Assembly: GCA_965205505.1 (NCBI GenBank)
Contig: CBDBHB010000009.1
Location: 1,856,001 to 1,920,000 of the forward strand
Length of the DNA: 64,000 nucleotides
Reading direction: 5' to 3'
Source: Acidobacteriota bacterium
GTDB lineage: Bacteria > Acidobacteriota > UBA890 > WLXD01
Positions 59,619-64,000 of this stretch are shown here, piece by piece; the first letter of the stretch is position 1; the number at the start of each line of letters is the position of its first letter. The notes under the pieces are model-generated. The model made no database searches, was not told where the DNA came from, and saw only the letters and a program-made list of their open reading frames with translations. Made by a program: the position numbers and the translations under genes.

Positions 59619-60287
59619 ATGTCCCCTGACCCACCGGTACGTTCACAACCTGTCGCCGTGGCATCGCGCTTCGATCGGGAAGGGATGCGCACCGCCGTGG
59701 CGCACTTCCTCGTCGCTGCAGGCCTGCCGGAAGACGCGGCGGGCGAGGCACCAGACAACACCGCCGCAGCGTGGATCAACGATCTGTTGAGCGGCTACGC
59801 GACCGATCCGGGTTCGGTGCTCGAGCCCACCTGGCCGGAGCGCAGCGGCGAGATCATCACGGTTACCAGCATTCCATTCGTCTCGGTCTGTGCGCACCAC
59901 CTTCTGCCATTCTTCGGGCAAGCGCACGTCGCCTACTTGCCCGACGAGCGCCTCACCGGGCTCTCTCGGATCGAGGAGTTGGTTCGCTGTCTGTCGCGCC
60001 GGCTGCAGATGCAGGAGCGACTAGGCGAGCAGATTGCCGAGGAGCTGATGACCGGGGTGGCGGCGTCAGGCGCCGCATGCGTGCTCGAGGCCGAGCATCT
60101 CTGCGTGTTCGCGCGCGGTCGACGCCAGCGCGGTAGCGTTACGCGTACCGCAGCGTTCGCCGGAAGCCTGGCCACCGATCAGCGGTTGCAAGATCACTGC
60201 CTGGCCTGGTTGAGGCCGGCGAGCCCAACGAAGCGGGATCAAGACGGGCCCCCGGCCGCGGCCCGCAACAGGAGTACGGACGGATGA
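59619..60287 (+). CDS. folE: GTP cyclohydrolase I
   Basis: SVCAHHLLPFFG, GLSR, RRLQMQERL, EAEHLC..RG. Confidence 0.88.
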   Translation: MSPDPPVRSQPVAVASRFDREGMRTAVAHFLVAAGLPEDAAGEAPDNTAAAWINDLLSGYATDPGSVLEPTWPERSGEIITVTSIPFVSVCAHHLLPFFGQAHVAYLPDERLTGLSRIEELVRCLSRRLQMQERLGEQIAEELMTGVAASGAACVLEAEHLCVFARGRRQRGSVTRTAAFAGSLATDQRLQDHCLAWLRPASPTKRDQDGPPAAARNRSTDG

Positions 60288-60454
60288 GCGACAAGCAAAC
60301 GGGAGTAGGGGTAAATGGCGAGCCCGACGACTTCGCCGCCCGGTACGACCGCATGGTGTTGGGCGGTGGTCAGGGCTGGGTCGTCAAGACAATCGTGGCG
60401 ATTGTGGTCCTGCTGGTGCTGATCGCCGCCGGGCGCACCGCGATCGGGCTCTAG
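60284..60454 (+). CDS. 56-aa single-TM small protein (below ORF-track cutoff)
   Basis: AGGAG RBS, ATGA overlap with folE, MSDKQTG...WVVKTIVAIVVLLVLIAAG; fills the gap to the next gene. Confidence 0.6.
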   Translation: MSDKQTGVGVNGEPDDFAARYDRMVLGGGQGWVVKTIVAIVVLLVLIAAGRTAIGL

Positions 60455-60459
60455 CTACT

Positions 60460-62946
60460 GTGGACGCCGACGCGTTGCGTCTGAGACCCGATCAGCTGCG
60501 CAATACCTGTGATCCTGCCATCTTTCCGTTCGAGACCACCGCCGATGTTGAACCGCTAGACGAGATCATTGGACAGGATCGCGCCGTGCGCGCGATCGAG
60601 TTCGGCCTGGACATATCCAGCTCCGGGTTCAACCTGTTCTTGGCCGGGCCGCCGGGGACGGGGCGTAAGACCATCTTGCGGAGGATCCTGTCGCGCTGCT
60701 GCGAGGGTCGTTCGACGCCACCCGACGTCGCCTACGTCCACAACTTCGACGATACGGATTCGCCGCGCGTACTAGTGCTTCCGGCCGGTATGGGCGCCCG
60801 ATTGCGCGACGACCACAACGAGCTGGTCGATGAGCTCAAGGAACGGGTTCCTAAGGCGTTCGAGGGGAAGGCATACGAGGAGCAGCAGCGGGCAACCAGC
60901 GAACGGTTCCAGTCGCAGAAGCAGGAGCTACTGGACAAGCTCGAGGGCGAGGCGGCGGAGCTGGGGTTCGAGATCAAGAGCACGCCGATGGGCTTCCGCA
61001 CCATCCCCGTCCGCGAGAAGAAGCCCCTCACGCAGGAGGAGTATCAGGACATGCCGGAGGACGAGCGCGCGGCGCTCGACTCCCGCATGGAGGGATTGCA
61101 GGGGAAGATCCGCGAGGTCATGTCCGAGATCAAGGACGTTGACCAGGCGCTCAAGGAGGAGGTCCGGGACCTCAACCGCCAGGTGGCGACCAACGTGCTG
61201 GGCACGCTAATGAGCGATCTACGCCCGCGCTACAAGGATCTCGACCCCGTTATCGAGCACCTCCGCAGGATGGAGCAAGACGTGCTCGAAAACATCGAGC
61301 AGTTTCGTCCGAGTGACGAGCCACAGCTGCCGATTCCGGGCCTGCGCATGCCGCGGCAGGAACCCGATCTGGCGCGCTACGAAGTGAATCTCATTGTCGA
61401 CAACGGAGCCGCGGACGGCGCCCCGGTGATCATCGAGAACAACCCCACCTACGCCAATCTCGTCGGCCGCATTGAGCGCCGGGCACAGTTCGGCGCCCTG
61501 ATTACAGACTTCACGATGATTCGCGCCGGTTCGCTGGCCAAGGCCAACGGTGGCTACCTCGTGCTCGATATCGAGGATGTGCTACGCAATCCATTCGTTT
61601 ACGAGGCGCTGAAGCGTGCCCTGGTAAACAAGGAAGTACGGGTAGAAGACGTGGCCGAGCGCTACGGCTTGTTCTCGGCGTCGACGCTTCGGCCCGAGCC
61701 GTTGGAGCTCGATGTGAAGGTTTGTCTCATCGGACACCCGCGCTACTACCACTTGTTGTTCGCCTATGACGAGGTGTTCCGCGAAATCTTCAAGGTCAAA
61801 GCCGACTTCGACTATCAGGCGGAGCGCAACGATGAAGCGCTGTTGCGGTTCGGGCCATTCATAGCCCAGCTCATAAAGCGCGAGAATCTACCTCAATTTC
61901 ATCGCAGCGCGGTGGCCGCGGTGGTCGACGAGAGCTCACGCAACGTAGAGGACCAGCACAAGGTGTCGCTGCGCTTCGGCGAGCTCAACGATCTCATCCG
62001 CGAGGCTGCTTATTGGGCCCGTCAGGATGACTCAGACCCGGTTATGGATCGACATGTCGAACGCGCCGTGGAGGAGTCGGAGTTCCGTGCATCGCTCAGC
62101 AAGGAGCGGGTACAGGAGTTCATCCAGCGCGAGATCATCCTTATCGATACCGACGGCGCGGTGGTGGGACAGATCAACGGTCTGGCCGTGCACATGCTCG
62201 GCGACTATCTGTTCGGTCGACCATCGCGGATCACGGTGTCTGTTCATCTTGGTCGCGGAGGCGTCGTCAACATCGAGCGCCGAGTACGCATGTCCCACGC
62301 CACCCATGACAAGGGCGTGCTCATCATCACCGGTTTTCTGGGCGATCGCTTTGCCCAGGATCAGCCGCTGACGCTGTCGGCGGCGCTGACGTTCGAACAG
62401 TCGTATTCGGAGATCGCTGGTGATTCGGCATCAAGCACCGAGCTCTACGTATTGCTATCGGCGTTGGCCGAGGTGCCCGTCAAGCAGGGAATCGCGGTGA
62501 CCGGGTCGGTCAACCAGCGTGGGCAGGTACAAGCAATCGGGGGTGTTAACTACAAGATCGAGGGCTTCTTCGATGTCTGCGCAGCACGGGGCCTCACCGG
62601 TGACCAGGGCGTGATGATCCCGAGCGCCAACGTGCAACACCTGATGCTGCGCCCAGATGTTGTCGAGGCGGTCGCCGCCGGTACGTTCAATGTCTGGGCG
62701 GTCGATCACGTCGATCAGGGAATCAGCATTTTGACCGGGGTGCCGGCAGGGGAGCGCGACGAGGATGGCGACTGGACCCCCGACTCGGTCAACGCTCGTG
62801 TGCACGCTCGCCTGCGGAGCTTCGGCAAGCAGCTCATGACGTGGGGCCGGGGCGCTCGGGACTCGACACCGGAAATGGTGCAACCTACGGAAGCCGGCGA
62901 TGAGATGCCGCCACCACCCAAGCCCCCCGATCGACCGCCCGAGTAG
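60460..62946 (+). CDS. Lon-like S16 protease (LonC/AAA_32 type)
   Basis: IIGQDRA, GPPGTGRKT, GSLAKANGGYL, GQINGL, FEQSY..GDSAS, IGGVNYKIEGF. Confidence 0.9.
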   Translation: MDADALRLRPDQLRNTCDPAIFPFETTADVEPLDEIIGQDRAVRAIEFGLDISSSGFNLFLAGPPGTGRKTILRRILSRCCEGRSTPPDVAYVHNFDDTDSPRVLVLPAGMGARLRDDHNELVDELKERVPKAFEGKAYEEQQRATSERFQSQKQELLDKLEGEAAELGFEIKSTPMGFRTIPVREKKPLTQEEYQDMPEDERAALDSRMEGLQGKIREVMSEIKDVDQALKEEVRDLNRQVATNVLGTLMSDLRPRYKDLDPVIEHLRRMEQDVLENIEQFRPSDEPQLPIPGLRMPRQEPDLARYEVNLIVDNGAADGAPVIIENNPTYANLVGRIERRAQFGALITDFTMIRAGSLAKANGGYLVLDIEDVLRNPFVYEALKRALVNKEVRVEDVAERYGLFSASTLRPEPLELDVKVCLIGHPRYYHLLFAYDEVFREIFKVKADFDYQAERNDEALLRFGPFIAQLIKRENLPQFHRSAVAAVVDESSRNVEDQHKVSLRFGELNDLIREAAYWARQDDSDPVMDRHVERAVEESEFRASLSKERVQEFIQREIILIDTDGAVVGQINGLAVHMLGDYLFGRPSRITVSVHLGRGGVVNIERRVRMSHATHDKGVLIITGFLGDRFAQDQPLTLSAALTFEQSYSEIAGDSASSTELYVLLSALAEVPVKQGIAVTGSVNQRGQVQAIGGVNYKIEGFFDVCAARGLTGDQGVMIPSANVQHLMLRPDVVEAVAAGTFNVWAVDHVDQGISILTGVPAGERDEDGDWTPDSVNARVHARLRSFGKQLMTWGRGARDSTPEMVQPTEAGDEMPPPPKPPDRPPE

Positions 62947-63007
62947 GTACGGTGACTCTACGAGACCAACGCGGGGGTGCCGCGCCGCGCTAGGGTCGCC
63001 CTCGTTC

Positions 63008-63382
63008 TCAGGAGGCGTCGGATTCCGTTGCTGGTTCCGAACTCTCACTATCGTCGTCAGGGGCGTCCCAGTCGAGCGCCATGTCGCCAAGAGAACGCGG
63101 CGTCGCCTCGGCCGGCGCGTGAGTCACCTTGTGGAGATGGTCCTTGAGGCGACCGAGCTCACGATACGGTAGAGCTTTCGGAGGCGCACCCGAAGGAGTA
63201 CGACCGAGCGCTACGTCGAGAGCGCGCCGCGCCTCGTAGATGGCGTCGTCGAGGCCCTTTAGCGCCGCGTGTAACCGTAGCAACACCGGATCGTGATCGA
63301 CCGTAGCGCCGGCTGCCGCCGCCGCTGCTCCGATCGACGGAGGCTGTCGGAAGTCTTGTACCATGCCATTCTCCATAGCCAA
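63008..63382 (-). CDS. Hypothetical protein
   Basis: ORF filling intergenic space; no recognisable motif. Confidence 0.4.
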   Translation of the reverse strand: MAMENGMVQDFRQPPSIGAAAAAAGATVDHDPVLLRLHAALKGLDDAIYEARRALDVALGRTPSGAPPKALPYRELGRLKDHLHKVTHAPAEATPRSLGDMALDWDAPDDDSESSEPATESDAS

Positions 63383-63475
63383 TCTTCAAATCCTAGGTCG
63401 CTAGGCGGCGCGTACCAAAGCAGAAAGAACCGGCAGAGGAGATGTTGAGGGCGACGGTTTTGGGAAGCGACGATC

Positions 63476-63973
63476 GTGGCTGATCACAGAATCAACGACG
63501 GGAAGGGCGTTCGGTCACAGCGCTTGAGAGCAGAAGTCGAACGCTTGCGCACCGCGAAGGCTGCTGCGTATGACGAGCGCAATCGCCTCGTCGCAGCGCT
63601 TGCCAGGCTGTTCCCATCCGGCGTGCAGCGAACAGAGATCGACGACGCGGATCGTCAATGGCACGGCTGCGTCTACATTGATCTGCCCACCGGGCAAGCA
63701 TCGTGGCATTTCCAAGGGGATCAGGCACGGCACTTTCGTGACCTGCCAACCTACGAATCCACCTGGGACGGACACACGACGGAGGAGAAGTACGAGCGGT
63801 TGGCTGGCGCGATGGCGACGATCACCGAGCTCGCCGAGCTGCGCAGGCGCCTCGAGTCGGCGGAAGCGGCGCTTCGTGAGCTGCTTGCAACCGATGATGA
63901 ACCGCTATCCAGTGCCGAGGCACGCGCCGCGCGTCGGCGCGGCCGCGAGTACCTGGAACGTATCGATGGCTAG
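63476..63973 (+). CDS. Phage-associated-like WDGH-motif protein
   Basis: YDERNRLVAAL, IDLPTGQASWH, WDGHTTEEKYERL. Confidence 0.7.
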   Translation: MADHRINDGKGVRSQRLRAEVERLRTAKAAAYDERNRLVAALARLFPSGVQRTEIDDADRQWHGCVYIDLPTGQASWHFQGDQARHFRDLPTYESTWDGHTTEEKYERLAGAMATITELAELRRRLESAEAALRELLATDDEPLSSAEARAARRRGREYLERIDG

Positions 63974-64000
63974 GGCATCGCCTGTGTCAGGCCGCCTTGC
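63964..64000. repeat. Partial MITE internal module running off the window end
   Basis: CGATGGCTAGGGCATCG hairpin then GCCTGTGTCAGGCCGCCTTGC, matching 5971-5991 at 20 of 21 nt. Confidence 0.8.

Noticed and set aside
5971-64000. CRISPR array suggested by recurring ~30-bp repeats
   Set aside because: Repeats are dispersed and inverted, with no regular unique spacers and no cas genes; they fit MITE TIRs

Overview
GC-rich bacterial chromosomal window, most likely Acidobacteriota-like (inferred from the PadR + duplicated orphan permease pair and the CRTAC1/FG-GAP protein). It contains core genes (hisHABF-IE, glpKD, purC, rnpB, ssb, tol-pal, recN, mtnP, coaX, folE, Lon-like protease) and many broken genes (internal deletions, frameshifts, a nonsense codon, a collapsed groES-groEL operon). 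Three things stand out. (1) An IS1111-type IS110 element whose 3' non-coding region holds a readable bridge/seek-RNA target loop (AGGUCACU + CUAG); it matches the reconstructed empty site AGGCCA-CT-AG, which is the terminus of a resident MITE family. (2) Three CTAG-flanked MITE families, nested in or abutting each other, all carrying one conserved structured module (CAAGG..CGATG-loop-CATCG..ACGC). (3) A PAPS-synthesis cluster (cysQ, sat, cysC) with no reductase or canonical sulfotransferase in the window, but with four alkaline-phosphatase-superfamily enzymes in different predicted compartments, an Oxa1/EMC3-like membrane protein and two small RHH proteins; four unrelated proteins in it share a C-terminal LxxLGY[LI] tail. 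All calls were made by eye from the sequence and ORF track; no database searches or folding programs were run.
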